Source: an uncultured Erythrobacter sp. | Lineage (GTDB): Bacteria; Pseudomonadota; Alphaproteobacteria; Sphingomonadales; Sphingomonadaceae | Length of the DNA: 64,000 bases | NCBI GenBank assembly: GCA_947493165.1 | Contig: CANLPY010000001.1 | Location: 1,970,566-2,034,565 of the forward strand | Reading direction: 5' to 3' | Shown here: one piece after another, positions 27,472-37,437 of the stretch | Layout: the number at the start of each line of letters is the position of its first letter | Numbering within the stretch: position 1 is the stretch's first letter | Program-made: the position numbers and the translations under genes | The notes under the pieces: generated by a model | Database searches by the model: none | The model's input: only the letters and a program-made list of their open reading frames with translations | What the model was told of the DNA's origin: nothing

Positions 27472-27948
27472 ATGGCCAAGGGCTCGCGGCTTCGTACCGC
27501 CCAATCACTGGCGCTGGCGCTCCCGGCGGGGCTGCTAGGCGGCGCTTACATCTCGCAATACGGCTTCGGCATGTTCCCGTGCGAGATGTGCTGGTGGCAA
27601 CGCTGGCCGCATTTTGCTGCGCTTGGTTTTGCAGTCTTGGGCCTCTTTATCCCTCCAAAGCGTGTTTGGCTCGCGCTCTCCGGGCTTGCGGTTATAGTCT
27701 CAGGTCTGATCGGCGGCTTTCATGCCGGCGTTGAATACGGCTGGTGGGAAGGCATCACTGGCTGCGCGACAGTGCCAACGGGCGCCGACGCGGTCAGGTC
27801 CGTGATGGACACAAGCACGCCATTGGTGCGCTGTGACGTTGCTCCGTGGAGCCTGTTTGGCATTTCGCTGGCTGGTTGGAATTTCCTCTTTTCATGTCTC
27901 GGTGGGATCACCATCTTGGGGATAGTGGCCAAGCAGGAGCGCACATGA
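27472..27948 (+). CDS. dsbB: Disulfide bond formation protein B
   Basis: PCEMCWWQRWPH CxxC motif, HAGVEYGWW, C...RCD second Cys pair, four TM helices. Confidence 0.9.
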   Translation: MAKGSRLRTAQSLALALPAGLLGGAYISQYGFGMFPCEMCWWQRWPHFAALGFAVLGLFIPPKRVWLALSGLAVIVSGLIGGFHAGVEYGWWEGITGCATVPTGADAVRSVMDTSTPLVRCDVAPWSLFGISLAGWNFLFSCLGGITILGIVAKQERT

Positions 27949-28466
27949 AACGCGAAGACATCCACCGTATGATCCGGGTCGACCAGGCTGGCGAGTTTGG
28001 TGCGACGCGCATCTATAAAGGCCAGCTTGCGGTTATGGGCGATCGCGGTCCCCATTCTCAAGAAATCGCGCATATGGCTGAGCAGGAGAAGGTTCACCGC
28101 GAAAAGTTTGATGCGTTGATGGCTGAACGCGGCGTGCGTCCGACGGCATTGCAACCGTTCTGGTCTGTTGCTGGTTACGCGCTGGGCGCTGGGACGGCAT
28201 TGCTGGGCCCTGAAGCGGCAATGGCTTGCACAGCCGCGGTTGAGACCGAGATCGATAAGCATTATTCGGACCAGCTTGATGCGCTGGAGGCGGACAATTG
28301 CGATCCTGAACTCGCGGCGATGATTGAAAAATTCCGTGAGGAAGAACGCGAGCATCATGATGCAGCGATTGAGCACGGAGCGGAGAGCGCGCCCGCTTAT
28401 GGCTTGCTATCAGGCGCGATCCGGCTGGGTTGCAGGGTTGCGATTAAGGTAAGCGAGCGGATTTGA
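27945..28466 (+). CDS. coq7: Demethoxyubiquinone hydroxylase (Coq7 diiron family)
   Basis: MIRVDQAGEFGATRIYKGQ, E..H, AVETEIDKHY, EEEREHHD; ATGA overlap with dsbB. Confidence 0.93.
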   Translation: MKREDIHRMIRVDQAGEFGATRIYKGQLAVMGDRGPHSQEIAHMAEQEKVHREKFDALMAERGVRPTALQPFWSVAGYALGAGTALLGPEAAMACTAAVETEIDKHYSDQLDALEADNCDPELAAMIEKFREEEREHHDAAIEHGAESAPAYGLLSGAIRLGCRVAIKVSERI

Positions 28467-28507
28467 TTTCCTCGCCGTTTCAGCGCGAGTGCGTAAATCA
28501 GAACCGT

Positions 28508-29839
28508 TCACAAACTCCAATAGAGCACGCTTTCGGGTAAATCCCTTGCGTTGAGTGCAGATTTCACGTCGATCAGCACGCCTTCGGGTTTTAGCCGTTT
28601 GGCGAGCGCCGCATTCGCGCTTAAATAGTCTGCATGATCGACCGCCAGAATTAGCGCATCCAGATCAGCTAAATCGCCTGGCTCGCACATGGCAATGCCA
28701 TATTCGCGCTGCACCTCATCGCTGTTAGCATAAGGATCGCTGACCAGCGGTTCGATCCCAAACTCAGCCAGCTCGGCGACGATATCAGGCACTTTGGAAT
28801 TGCGGATATCAGGCACGTCAGCCTTGAACGTCAGGCCCAGCACCCCGACCTTGGCAGTTGATGGCAAGACGTCACGTCCAATCAGCAGCTTGACGGTTTT
28901 GCGTGCAATCTCGCTGCCCATGGAATCGTTGATTCGGCGTCCGGCCAAAATCACCTCTGGGTGATAATCGAGCTTTTCTGCGGCGGCCGTAAGATAAAAC
29001 GGATCGACTCCAATGCAATGTCCACCGACAAGGCCAGGCGTGAAAGGTAGGAAATTCCATTTTGTGCCTGCCGCTGCCAATACATCAGCTGTGCGAATGC
29101 CCATCCGGTCAAAGATCAGCGCGATTTCGTTCATCAAGGCAATGTTGAGGTCGCGCTGGGTGTTCTCGATCACCTTTGCGGCTTCGGCGACCTTGATGTT
29201 GGGCGCTTCGTGCAGACCGACGTCGACAATGGCGCCATAGACGCTGCGCATCCGCGCAAGCCCCGCTTCGTCTTCTGCGGCGATAATCTTTGTGATCGTC
29301 TCCAGCTTGTGAACAGTATCGCCGGGGTTGATGCGTTCTGGGCTATAGCCAAGAACAAAGTCACGTCCGCGCTTTAGACCTGAATGTTGCTCCAGCAGGG
29401 GCCCGCAATAATCTTCCGTCGCACCGGGATAGACGGTCGATTCGAACACGACGAGCGCACCCTTTGTCAGATGCGGCCCAATCGTCTCGCAGGCTGCGCG
29501 CAGCGGGGAAAGGTCAGGGCGGCGTTCCTCGGTGATTGGTGTTGGCACTGTAACGATGACGACACTTGCCCCTGCAAGAACTGCTGGGTCGCTCGACACG
29601 GAAAGCCCGCTGGCGGCGAGACGCGCATCATCAATTTCGCGCGTGTAATCACTGCCAGCCTTCAACGAATCGACACGGTGCTCCGATATATCGAAGCCCA
29701 CAGCGGAGCCATGCCGTTCCGCGATGGCGACGGCAACAGGCAGACCAACATAGCCAAGGCCGACGACAGCGATGGTTTCGCTGGCGGCTGCATGGGCTGT
29801 GTCTCGAACGGCGTTTTTCGCTTTGAACGGTGCATTCAT
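28508..29839 (-). CDS. UDP-N-acetylhexosamine 6-dehydrogenase (TviB/WbpO/CapL-like)
   Basis: VGLGYVG, VPTP, ESTVYPG, SPERINPGD, AKVIENTQRD, GLVGGHCIGVDP, GLTFK. Confidence 0.9.
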   Translation of the reverse strand: MNAPFKAKNAVRDTAHAAASETIAVVGLGYVGLPVAVAIAERHGSAVGFDISEHRVDSLKAGSDYTREIDDARLAASGLSVSSDPAVLAGASVVIVTVPTPITEERRPDLSPLRAACETIGPHLTKGALVVFESTVYPGATEDYCGPLLEQHSGLKRGRDFVLGYSPERINPGDTVHKLETITKIIAAEDEAGLARMRSVYGAIVDVGLHEAPNIKVAEAAKVIENTQRDLNIALMNEIALIFDRMGIRTADVLAAAGTKWNFLPFTPGLVGGHCIGVDPFYLTAAAEKLDYHPEVILAGRRINDSMGSEIARKTVKLLIGRDVLPSTAKVGVLGLTFKADVPDIRNSKVPDIVAELAEFGIEPLVSDPYANSDEVQREYGIAMCEPGDLADLDALILAVDHADYLSANAALAKRLKPEGVLIDVKSALNARDLPESVLYWSL

Positions 29840-29988
29840 ATGAGCGCAAATAGCGGATGAAGTTCAAGATTTTGCTAACTACGCGATTTGAGACTACTCG
29901 CTGGCTTCACAATCCATTCACGCGCTCTCACATAATGCGCTATAAAAGAGAAATACGCGCCGCTATGGCGCACTAAAGGAATGAAGCG

Positions 29989-30624
29989 ATGATGAAGCGA
30001 TTTGCAGCCCTTTGGGCACTTCCGACGGCGGCTCTGGCATTTGGTGCAGCGCCTGCTTTGGCGCAGGACGATGAAAGCCTAACCGACAATGTCCAGATCG
30101 CTTATGTTTACGGTGAAGATGCTGCCCCTGATTGTCCCGAGGGTGACATCTGCGTTTTCGCGCGTCTGCCGGAGAATGAACGGTTCCGCATTCCGCCATC
30201 CCTGCGCTTTTCCGATAACCCAGAGAACATCGCTTGGTCGCGCCGCGCGGAAAGCCTTGAGCTGGTCGGTGCATTTGGCACTTTGTCATGCAGCCCAACA
30301 GGTGCTGGCGGCATCACTGGCTGCACGCAGAAGTTGATCAACGATGCTTATAAGGACCGCGCTGAAGGCCAGGACATCCGCTTTAGCCAGCTGATCGAGC
30401 AGGCCCGCCAAGAGCGTCTTTCGACCATCGATAGCGATGCCGCGGCAGAACAAGGCCGCGTTGAACAGATTGAGCGTGAATATCTTCAGCGGCTAGAGCG
30501 TGAACGTACCCAAACTTTGCCGGGTGAAGGCAGCCCGCCTACTCTTGCGCAGCCGCCGGTTGATGCTGGCGGAACCATTCAGGAGCCAGCCGAAGAGCCA
30601 GCGAGCGAAGAAGCGCCGCTCTGA
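29989..30624 (+). CDS. Secreted hypothetical protein
   Basis: Signal peptide ending ALA-Q, four Cys, coiled-coil segment, Pro/Glu-rich tail; fills the gap between two minus-strand genes. Confidence 0.75.
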   Translation: MMKRFAALWALPTAALAFGAAPALAQDDESLTDNVQIAYVYGEDAAPDCPEGDICVFARLPENERFRIPPSLRFSDNPENIAWSRRAESLELVGAFGTLSCSPTGAGGITGCTQKLINDAYKDRAEGQDIRFSQLIEQARQERLSTIDSDAAAEQGRVEQIEREYLQRLERERTQTLPGEGSPPTLAQPPVDAGGTIQEPAEEPASEEAPL

Positions 30625-30628
30625 GCTA

Positions 30629-31642
30629 TCAGACTTTGAAATAGTCGCGGTACCACGCGACGAACTGGCGAATGCCTTCGCGCACGTCTGTTTTCGGCGT
30701 GTAGCCGGTCAGCTCCTGCAGCAAAGTTGCGTCAGCCCATGTCGCGGGCACATCACCTTTTTGCATAGGCATGAAGTTTTTGATCGCTTCGCGCCCGCAC
30801 TCAGCCTCAATCGCCTCGACAAAGTCCATCAGGCGCACTTTGTCATTGTTGCCGATATTGACGACGCGAAACGGTGCGGCGGGTGAAAGGCTGTCATATT
30901 CGTCAATTGTATCGCCGCTCTCCGGCCGCCGCGGTGCCGCGTCGATTAGCAAGCGAATGCCGCGCACCAAATCAGTCACGAAGGTGAAATCGCGGTGCAT
31001 CTCGCCGTTGTTGTAGATGTCGATTGGCGTGCCTTCGAGAATACCCTTGGTAAACTTGAACAGCGCCATATCGGGCCGTCCCCATGGGCCATAGACGGTG
31101 AAAAAGCGAAACATGGTGGTCGGCAAGTTCCACAGATGGGCATAGGAATGGCCCATCGCCTCATTGGCTTTTTTCGTTGCGGCATAGAGGGTTAGCGGCG
31201 TGTCGCATTTCTGCCGCTCATCAAACGGCATATCCTCATTCGCGCCGTAAACAGAGCTGGTGGAGGCCATCAACAGGTGGTCCACCTCAAGCTCCCGCGC
31301 GACTTCCATCACGTTGAATGTGCCAGTGACGTTTGCTTCCATATAGGCGCGGGGGTTTTCAAGGCTATATCGAACGCCCGCTTGCGCGGCGAGGTGGACG
31401 ATCACATCCGGCGTTTCCTTCAGCGCGAGTTCTCGCAGCGCATCGAAATCTTCCAGCATGCCTTCGGTGCAGTTAAAGTTCTGATTTTGGAGCAGCATTT
31501 GATGGCGGCGCTGCTTGATCCGCACGTCATAATAATCAGTCATCCCATCATAGCCGACGACAGCAAACCCTTCTTCAAGCAGCAAGTTGGAAAGGTGAAA
31601 GCCGATAAATCCGGCGCTACCAGTGACGAGAATTTTGCGCAT
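30629..31642 (-). CDS. NAD-dependent nucleotide-sugar epimerase (UDP-uronate 4-epimerase, CapI-like)
   Basis: TGSAGFIG, HLAAQAGVRYS, ASTSSVYG, YAATK, RFFTVYGPWGRPDMA, GDVPATWAD. Confidence 0.9.
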   Translation of the reverse strand: MRKILVTGSAGFIGFHLSNLLLEEGFAVVGYDGMTDYYDVRIKQRRHQMLLQNQNFNCTEGMLEDFDALRELALKETPDVIVHLAAQAGVRYSLENPRAYMEANVTGTFNVMEVARELEVDHLLMASTSSVYGANEDMPFDERQKCDTPLTLYAATKKANEAMGHSYAHLWNLPTTMFRFFTVYGPWGRPDMALFKFTKGILEGTPIDIYNNGEMHRDFTFVTDLVRGIRLLIDAAPRRPESGDTIDEYDSLSPAAPFRVVNIGNNDKVRLMDFVEAIEAECGREAIKNFMPMQKGDVPATWADATLLQELTGYTPKTDVREGIRQFVAWYRDYFKV

Positions 31643-31898
31643 TTATTGTGTGCTGCCTTTTGATCCGCGTTGTGCCTGATGATTGTTTACGCTGGATTAC
31701 GTTAAGATGGTCTGTGCGCGTCTAAATTTGACCGTTTTGCGCCTTGTGACGGAACCGTTCTGCAGACCGTATGCCGTCTTCTATTGCAAAGACAGCGGTT
31801 GATATAAAGCGCAAGGATTGCCATGCGGCCTTCTCAATCATGCAATTATAGATATTGACTTTGGCATGTGCGGCTCTGCGGCTTAGAGGTACGAATAA

Positions 31899-33035
31899 AT
31901 GGCCAGAAAGATCAAGGTTTTGCTTGTTTTCGGCACAAGACCAGAGGCCATCAAGATGGCGCCAGTGGTGAAGGCTCTACAAGATGCGCCGCACATAGAC
32001 GCGCAAGTGTGCGTTACTGCGCAGCACCGCGAGATGTTGGATCAGGTGTTGAACCTGTTCGAAATTCATCCTGACTATGATCTTGATCTGATGAAGCCGG
32101 GGCAAGGCCTATTCGAAATCACCAGCGGCGTTTTGATGGGCCTGAAAGATACGCTAGCCAAAGCAGAGCCGGATCTGGTTTTGGTTCACGGTGATACTAC
32201 CACGACTTTTGCCGCCTCGCTCGCCGCTTATTACCAGCGCATCCCAGTGGGGCATGTCGAAGCTGGGCTGCGAACAGGCAATATTTATTCTCCATGGCCA
32301 GAGGAGATCAATCGCAAGCTGACCGGATCCATCACCCGGCTTCACTTTGCTCCGACGGAAAAATCACAAAAGAACCTGCTGGCAGAAAACGTCGATCCAG
32401 CGGATATTTTCGTAACTGGAAACACGGTAATTGATGCGTTGCTTTCGGTCGTAGCCAAACTCGAAAGTGACCCTCAGCAAAGCGCAAAATTGGATCGCTC
32501 GTTTGGATTTGATCCGAGCAAGAAAATGATCCTCGTAACCGGCCATAGGCGTGAAAGCTTTGGCGATGGGTTTCAGAGGATCTGCGATTCTTTGGCGCGC
32601 TTGGCGACCCGCGGCGATGTGCAAATCGTCTATCCAGTTCACCTCAATCCTAACGTTCGCGGCCCTGTAGAAGATCGCCTAGGCGGCATAGATGCGGTTA
32701 AGTTGATTGCGCCGCAAGATTATCTGCCGTTTGTGCATTTGATGCGGCGGGCGCATATCATTTTGACTGATTCTGGTGGTGTCCAAGAAGAGGCACCATC
32801 GCTAGGTAAACCCGTTTTGGTTATGCGGGATACGACGGAACGCCCTGAGGCAGTTGAGGCTGGAACGGTCAAGCTCGTGGGCACAGACAGTGAGATGATT
32901 TTTGCGGAAGCGACAGCGCTGCTGGATGGTCCCAATGCCTATGCTGAAATGTCCCGCGCCCACAATCCCTATGGCGATGGTATGGCATCTGGCCGGATTC
33001 GCGATGCGATAACCGAATTTGCCGAGGCCAATTGA
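31899..33035 (+). CDS. wecB: UDP-GlcNAc 2-epimerase (non-hydrolysing)
   Basis: [55 protein letters not shown]. Confidence 0.96.
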   Translation: MARKIKVLLVFGTRPEAIKMAPVVKALQDAPHIDAQVCVTAQHREMLDQVLNLFEIHPDYDLDLMKPGQGLFEITSGVLMGLKDTLAKAEPDLVLVHGDTTTTFAASLAAYYQRIPVGHVEAGLRTGNIYSPWPEEINRKLTGSITRLHFAPTEKSQKNLLAENVDPADIFVTGNTVIDALLSVVAKLESDPQQSAKLDRSFGFDPSKKMILVTGHRRESFGDGFQRICDSLARLATRGDVQIVYPVHLNPNVRGPVEDRLGGIDAVKLIAPQDYLPFVHLMRRAHIILTDSGGVQEEAPSLGKPVLVMRDTTERPEAVEAGTVKLVGTDSEMIFAEATALLDGPNAYAEMSRAHNPYGDGMASGRIRDAITEFAEAN

Positions 33036-33046
33036 TCGAAACCGAT

Positions 33047-34309
33047 ATGAAAAACGATTTTCAAACAATTTCCGTGATCGGCCTTGGATACATTGGCCTG
33101 CCGGCAGCTGCGATGTTTGCCTCGCGCAAGATCAAAGTGGTTGGCGTGGATGTGAATGCAGCCGCGGTCGACACTATCAATCGCGGCGAAATTCATATTG
33201 TCGAGCCTGATCTCGATCTGGTGGTCCATGCCGCCGTATCGGAAGGCTATCTTCGCGCCACGACCAAGCCGGAGCCTGCAGAAGCGTTCCTGATTGCCGT
33301 ACCAACCCCGTTCAAGGGTGAAAATCACGATCCAGATTTGTCTTATATTGAAGCTGCGGCCAAAGCGATCGCCCCCGTGCTGGAAGCAGGCAATTTGGTG
33401 ATTTTGGAGTCCACGTCACCGGTCGGCGCAACAGAGGCGCTGGCGCGGTGGCTGGCCGAAGCGCGCCCAGAACTGACCTTCCCGCAAGATGCCGGTGAAA
33501 GATCAGATATTCGCATCGCGCATTGTCCAGAGCGGGTGCTCCCCGGCAAGGTGATGCAAGAACTTATCTCGAACGACCGCGTGATTGGCGGCATGACACG
33601 GCGTTGTTCTGAGATGGCGGTTGCGTTGTATAAGGTGTTCGTGACCGCTGAATGCGTGATCGCTTCTGGGCCGCGCGTTGCAGAAATGGCGAAACTTACA
33701 GAAAATAGTTTTCGCGATGTGAATATCGCCTTTGCGAATGAATTATCAGTCATCTGTGACAAACTCGACATGGATGTCTGGGAGTTGATTGCTCTCGCCA
33801 ATCGCCATCCGCGTGTGAACATTCTGCAACCTGGGCCTGGCGTCGGCGGCCATTGTATTGCGGTTGATCCGTGGTTCATCGTGTCATCGGCGCCAAAGCA
33901 AGCGCGGTTGATTCGTGCTGCTCGTGAAGTGAACGACGCAAAGCCTGATTGGGTGCTGGAAAAAGTCCGCTCAGCGATTGGCGCGCATCTGAGCGAGCAT
34001 CCGAGCAAGACCGCCAGCGATGTTGTGCTGGCAGTATACGGGCTTGCCTTTAAGCCTGATATCGATGATCTGCGCGAAAGCCCGGCCGTTGCGATTGCTC
34101 ACACGCTGGTTTCTCAGCACCCCGGGCGGGTTCAAGTGGTCGAACCTAATATTAACAGCCTGCCAGCAAGCCTAGAGGGCGCAGAATTGACGGCGCTCGA
34201 AAGCGCACGCAGTGCGGATATTCATGTTATGTTGGTCGATCACAAGTCGTTCCGGACGAGTGAGCGGCCAAACGGATTGGTTGTTGATGCCCGCGGTGTT
34301 TGGGAGTGA
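33047..34309 (+). CDS. wecC: UDP-ManNAc dehydrogenase
   Basis: GLGYIGLP, ESTSPVG, CPERVLPG, KLTENSFRD, GPGVGGHCIAVDPWF, GLAFKPDIDDLRESP. Start at TTG 33032 or ATG 33047. Confidence 0.95.
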   Translation: MKNDFQTISVIGLGYIGLPAAAMFASRKIKVVGVDVNAAAVDTINRGEIHIVEPDLDLVVHAAVSEGYLRATTKPEPAEAFLIAVPTPFKGENHDPDLSYIEAAAKAIAPVLEAGNLVILESTSPVGATEALARWLAEARPELTFPQDAGERSDIRIAHCPERVLPGKVMQELISNDRVIGGMTRRCSEMAVALYKVFVTAECVIASGPRVAEMAKLTENSFRDVNIAFANELSVICDKLDMDVWELIALANRHPRVNILQPGPGVGGHCIAVDPWFIVSSAPKQARLIRAAREVNDAKPDWVLEKVRSAIGAHLSEHPSKTASDVVLAVYGLAFKPDIDDLRESPAVAIAHTLVSQHPGRVQVVEPNINSLPASLEGAELTALESARSADIHVMLVDHKSFRTSERPNGLVVDARGVWE

Positions 34310-35439
34310 GCGTCGCCAAGGCGCTTAGGGGCAAGATTTCAACATCGGCGATTGGCCGCTTAACCGCCGTTCTTGAGCAAGTTATCTACACCGGTTTTGC
34401 GCTGTTCGTCTTCGTTCTGGCTATCGCGCAATATGCGACTGAAAAATCGGCGGCCAACTTGGCTTTAATAGCCATTCTAAATCTTCCCGTGCCGTTTCAT
34501 GCAATTCAGATTGGTTGGCAGAGCGAGGCAGAGAAAAGCTTTTGGCTTGGCTCCATGCCTTTGCAGTTTGTTCTCTATCTGGTCACGGCGGGCTCGCTGT
34601 GCGGCTATATGCTTTCGGTTGACCTGAGCCTCGATGGACTAACACTGGCAGGCATTGCCTTGGCAGCATTTGTGGCGGTTTGGTCGAACGGCTTGCGCTG
34701 GATTATGATCAAACGCGGTGCTTTCCATGTACTTATCGCGATCAATCTGGCGTCGCTCGCGACGGTGATTTCAATCGAATTTTTCTCGATATTTTCCGGC
34801 TTTTTGAGCCTGTTCTATTCCGTGGTTGTGGCCAAAGCCGTTTTTACTATTGCCCTGATCGCTGAGTCCAAGATCAAAGGCGGGCTAACATTCGCTGGAG
34901 GAGACGAAGGAACTCACTTCGACCTTGATGTGGCTATCTTGGCCTTGTCCCGGTTCATGCGCACCAATGGTGTGTTCACAATCATGACCGTTTTCGCGCC
35001 ATCGGCAGCAATCGTCGGCCGCCTTGTGCAGCAAGCGATTGCCATTTGCCGCGTGTTTCAAAACCCACTTGCCAATTTTACATTCTTTCATGAGCGATCG
35101 TATTTCAAGGCAATGATCCGGATGCAGATTGTGTTCGGCATCGGAGCTGCGGCTTTGTTTTTCATCGTTAGTACTTGGTATGATGGTGAGGTGCCGCCTT
35201 TGCTCGGATCGCTCGCCGTCTTGTGCGCGACACTAGGGTTCATCGGCATTTTCGTTATGCGGCATCAAGGGCGCAAGCAATTGGGCATCGTATTTGAGAC
35301 GATGGCAGCGGCTGCATTTCTTGGGGCTGTGCTGCTGGCGTATGAATCGCAAGGGTTCATCATCGGGTTGATTTTGTCTGAAGTGCTGCTTTTTGCGGGC
35401 GGCTTATGGGCGTTGAAAACTAGACGAGATAAGGAATGA
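34300..35439 (+). CDS. Polytopic membrane protein, probable divergent Wzx-type flippase
   Basis: About 10-11 hydrophobic segments and the usual wzx position in the operon. No diagnostic motif, so the function call rests on position. Confidence 0.5.
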   Translation: MGVSVAKALRGKISTSAIGRLTAVLEQVIYTGFALFVFVLAIAQYATEKSAANLALIAILNLPVPFHAIQIGWQSEAEKSFWLGSMPLQFVLYLVTAGSLCGYMLSVDLSLDGLTLAGIALAAFVAVWSNGLRWIMIKRGAFHVLIAINLASLATVISIEFFSIFSGFLSLFYSVVVAKAVFTIALIAESKIKGGLTFAGGDEGTHFDLDVAILALSRFMRTNGVFTIMTVFAPSAAIVGRLVQQAIAICRVFQNPLANFTFFHERSYFKAMIRMQIVFGIGAAALFFIVSTWYDGEVPPLLGSLAVLCATLGFIGIFVMRHQGRKQLGIVFETMAAAAFLGAVLLAYESQGFIIGLILSEVLLFAGGLWALKTRRDKE

Positions 35440-36296
35440 ATAACAAGATCATCGTATTTTTTCATATTGAGAAGTGCGGCGGCACGTCTCTGGTTGAGTT
35501 CTTCCGCCGAAACCTGCCCTTTCAGGCGTGCGAAGCCGTGTCAAAAACAAATGCTTTTACCGAGGCGGAGCTGCGCAAAACACTCAGGCTTTATCCGTCT
35601 ATCAAAGCGCTGTCGGGCCATAACCTTCAGGTAGAGGTTATCGACTGGTTGGAAGAACGAGGCTTTGATGTGGTCAGTTTTACAATCTTGCGCGATCCGT
35701 TGGAGCGAGCAATCTCTGACTTCCTACATGATTATCGCAAGAGCACGTTTGTTGGCTCGCTGATTGATTACGCCAACATCGCTTGGAAACAGAATTACCT
35801 CGCAAAATTCCTTGGGTCTGGTGATCCAGACAAAGCGTTGCAAAATTTGGGGCGGATCGGTTCAGTTGTTGAAATCGGGAAGTCTGGCGATTTCGTTGAT
35901 CGGCTTTTGCGAGACAATGGTTTAGATCCGCAGTTACCATACGCTATTGAAAACAAGGCATCGTCTCAGCTGCCCGATGAAGTGAAAAGAGAAGGCGGAG
36001 TTCAGGTTGGGCGGTATTCGATTGCGCCAGAGGCGCATGCGCGATTACTAGAAGTGAACGGCCTTGATCTTGAAATCTGGCGATGTGCGCAGGCCCGTTG
36101 GGATCAACTGCCAAACGAAGGAACGAAGCCATCATTGCAGCCGCACTCGAGCTCTGATGGGTGGAGAAAGCTTGCAGCTTCACTGCAGCGAAATTTGGCC
36201 TACAAGCCATTGATGGGAATATGGTCGAAGTATTATGCACTACCCCGTAACCGCTCGAACCCGGCAACCGTCACAGAAGAGAGTGCATTCAGGTAA
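35436..36296 (+). CDS. PAPS-dependent sulfotransferase (Sulfotransfer_2-like)
   Basis: 5'-PSB loop FFHIEKCGGTS (cf. HIPKTGGTS) and 3'-PB motif TILRDPLERAIS. Confidence 0.8.
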   Translation: MNNKIIVFFHIEKCGGTSLVEFFRRNLPFQACEAVSKTNAFTEAELRKTLRLYPSIKALSGHNLQVEVIDWLEERGFDVVSFTILRDPLERAISDFLHDYRKSTFVGSLIDYANIAWKQNYLAKFLGSGDPDKALQNLGRIGSVVEIGKSGDFVDRLLRDNGLDPQLPYAIENKASSQLPDEVKREGGVQVGRYSIAPEAHARLLEVNGLDLEIWRCAQARWDQLPNEGTKPSLQPHSSSDGWRKLAASLQRNLAYKPLMGIWSKYYALPRNRSNPATVTEESAFR

Positions 36297-37437
36297 GGCG
36301 TTCGTCCTATTCCTCTTCCTGTGTGTCTACCTTTCTTACATTCTCTTTTTCGATCTTCGGATTCTGACCGCGCGACTAGGCGTTGCTACCCCTGAACTAA
36401 GCCAGTTACTGCTAATTTGGGGCGGCGGGTTGGCCCCCTTTATCCTGTATTTCCTGCTCTCGATCCGCCTGACAAAGAGCAACTATTTTCTGTTGGGCAT
36501 ACTTAGCATCTACTCTGCAACCGGCCTGATTCTGGGGTTCGTTTTTGAGAACCCGTTTACCGATGTTGTCGGAGATTTCTATAAGTCGCTCTTTATTCCG
36601 GCGGGTATGGGGCTCTACTTTGCCTATCGCCGTTATGGCGATTTTGTGGAGCGCAGCCTATATTGGATTGGGGCCGTCTTCGTATTGGCCCGAACAATCG
36701 GTTTCATTGTTACCTTCGGCTCGCTTTCACGCCTCTACTATGGGACGAGCATGGACGCGCTGATCGTGCTGCTCGCCCTGAAAGGGTTTAGCCGCGATTT
36801 TGCTGGGAAAAGCACCACGAAACTAGCAAAAGCTCGCAAGATATTTGTGATCGCTGCTGCGTTGATCGGTCAGAAACGCAGCGTGGCATTGGCTTTCCTG
36901 ATTTATCTGGTTCATCGCCACAAACGTTTGCTTGCTGTCGTTTCGGTCGTGGCGATCACCGCATTCACGTATCTTGATTTGGTCGATTGGCGCAATCTGG
37001 GCTTTATTGGTCGCTATCTGTCGGTCACGGACACATCATTCATCGTCGAAAGTCAATCGATGCGCGTGAACGAGGTTTTGACAGCCTTTGCCGCTTGGAC
37101 CAGCGGTGCGATCGCATTCCTTTTGGGGCACGGGTTCGGGGCTGAAATCCTTGTCTATACTGGTCGCGGAGACTATGCTGAATGGCTCCATTCATTGCAT
37201 AACACGCCAATGGCTGTCGCCTATCGGTCAGGCCTGTTAGGGATGGTTTTGCTTGCTTATTTGGTGCGTGTCGCCGCAAGCGATATTTTGGTTAAGAACA
37301 GGGGGGATGGCGCGATCATCTTTGCTCTGTTTGCAGCTTCATTCTTCTTCTTCTCTTTCATCGATGAGATATTTGTTGGCTATTACGCCGCCAAAATTCT
37401 CGAAAATTCCAATTCCAAGAATACGGGGCACACTTGA
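36283..37437 (+). CDS. Wzy-like polysaccharide polymerase
   Basis: 10+ TM helices, GQKRS motif, large late periplasmic loop with LLGHGFG..HSLHN..GLLG. GTG start at 36283 is plausible (ORF opens at 36235). Confidence 0.7.
   Translation: MHSGKAFVLFLFLCVYLSYILFFDLRILTARLGVATPELSQLLLIWGGGLAPFILYFLLSIRLTKSNYFLLGILSIYSATGLILGFVFENPFTDVVGDFYKSLFIPAGMGLYFAYRRYGDFVERSLYWIGAVFVLARTIGFIVTFGSLSRLYYGTSMDALIVLLALKGFSRDFAGKSTTKLAKARKIFVIAAALIGQKRSVALAFLIYLVHRHKRLLAVVSVVAITAFTYLDLVDWRNLGFIGRYLSVTDTSFIVESQSMRVNEVLTAFAAWTSGAIAFLLGHGFGAEILVYTGRGDYAEWLHSLHNTPMAVAYRSGLLGMVLLAYLVRVAASDILVKNRGDGAIIFALFAASFFFFSFIDEIFVGYYAAKILENSNSKNTGHT

Noticed and set aside
31811-31828. Possible sigma54 promoter (GG-N10-GC, minus strand) upstream of the epimerase
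   Set aside because: The -12 element is not TTGC; the match is too weak.
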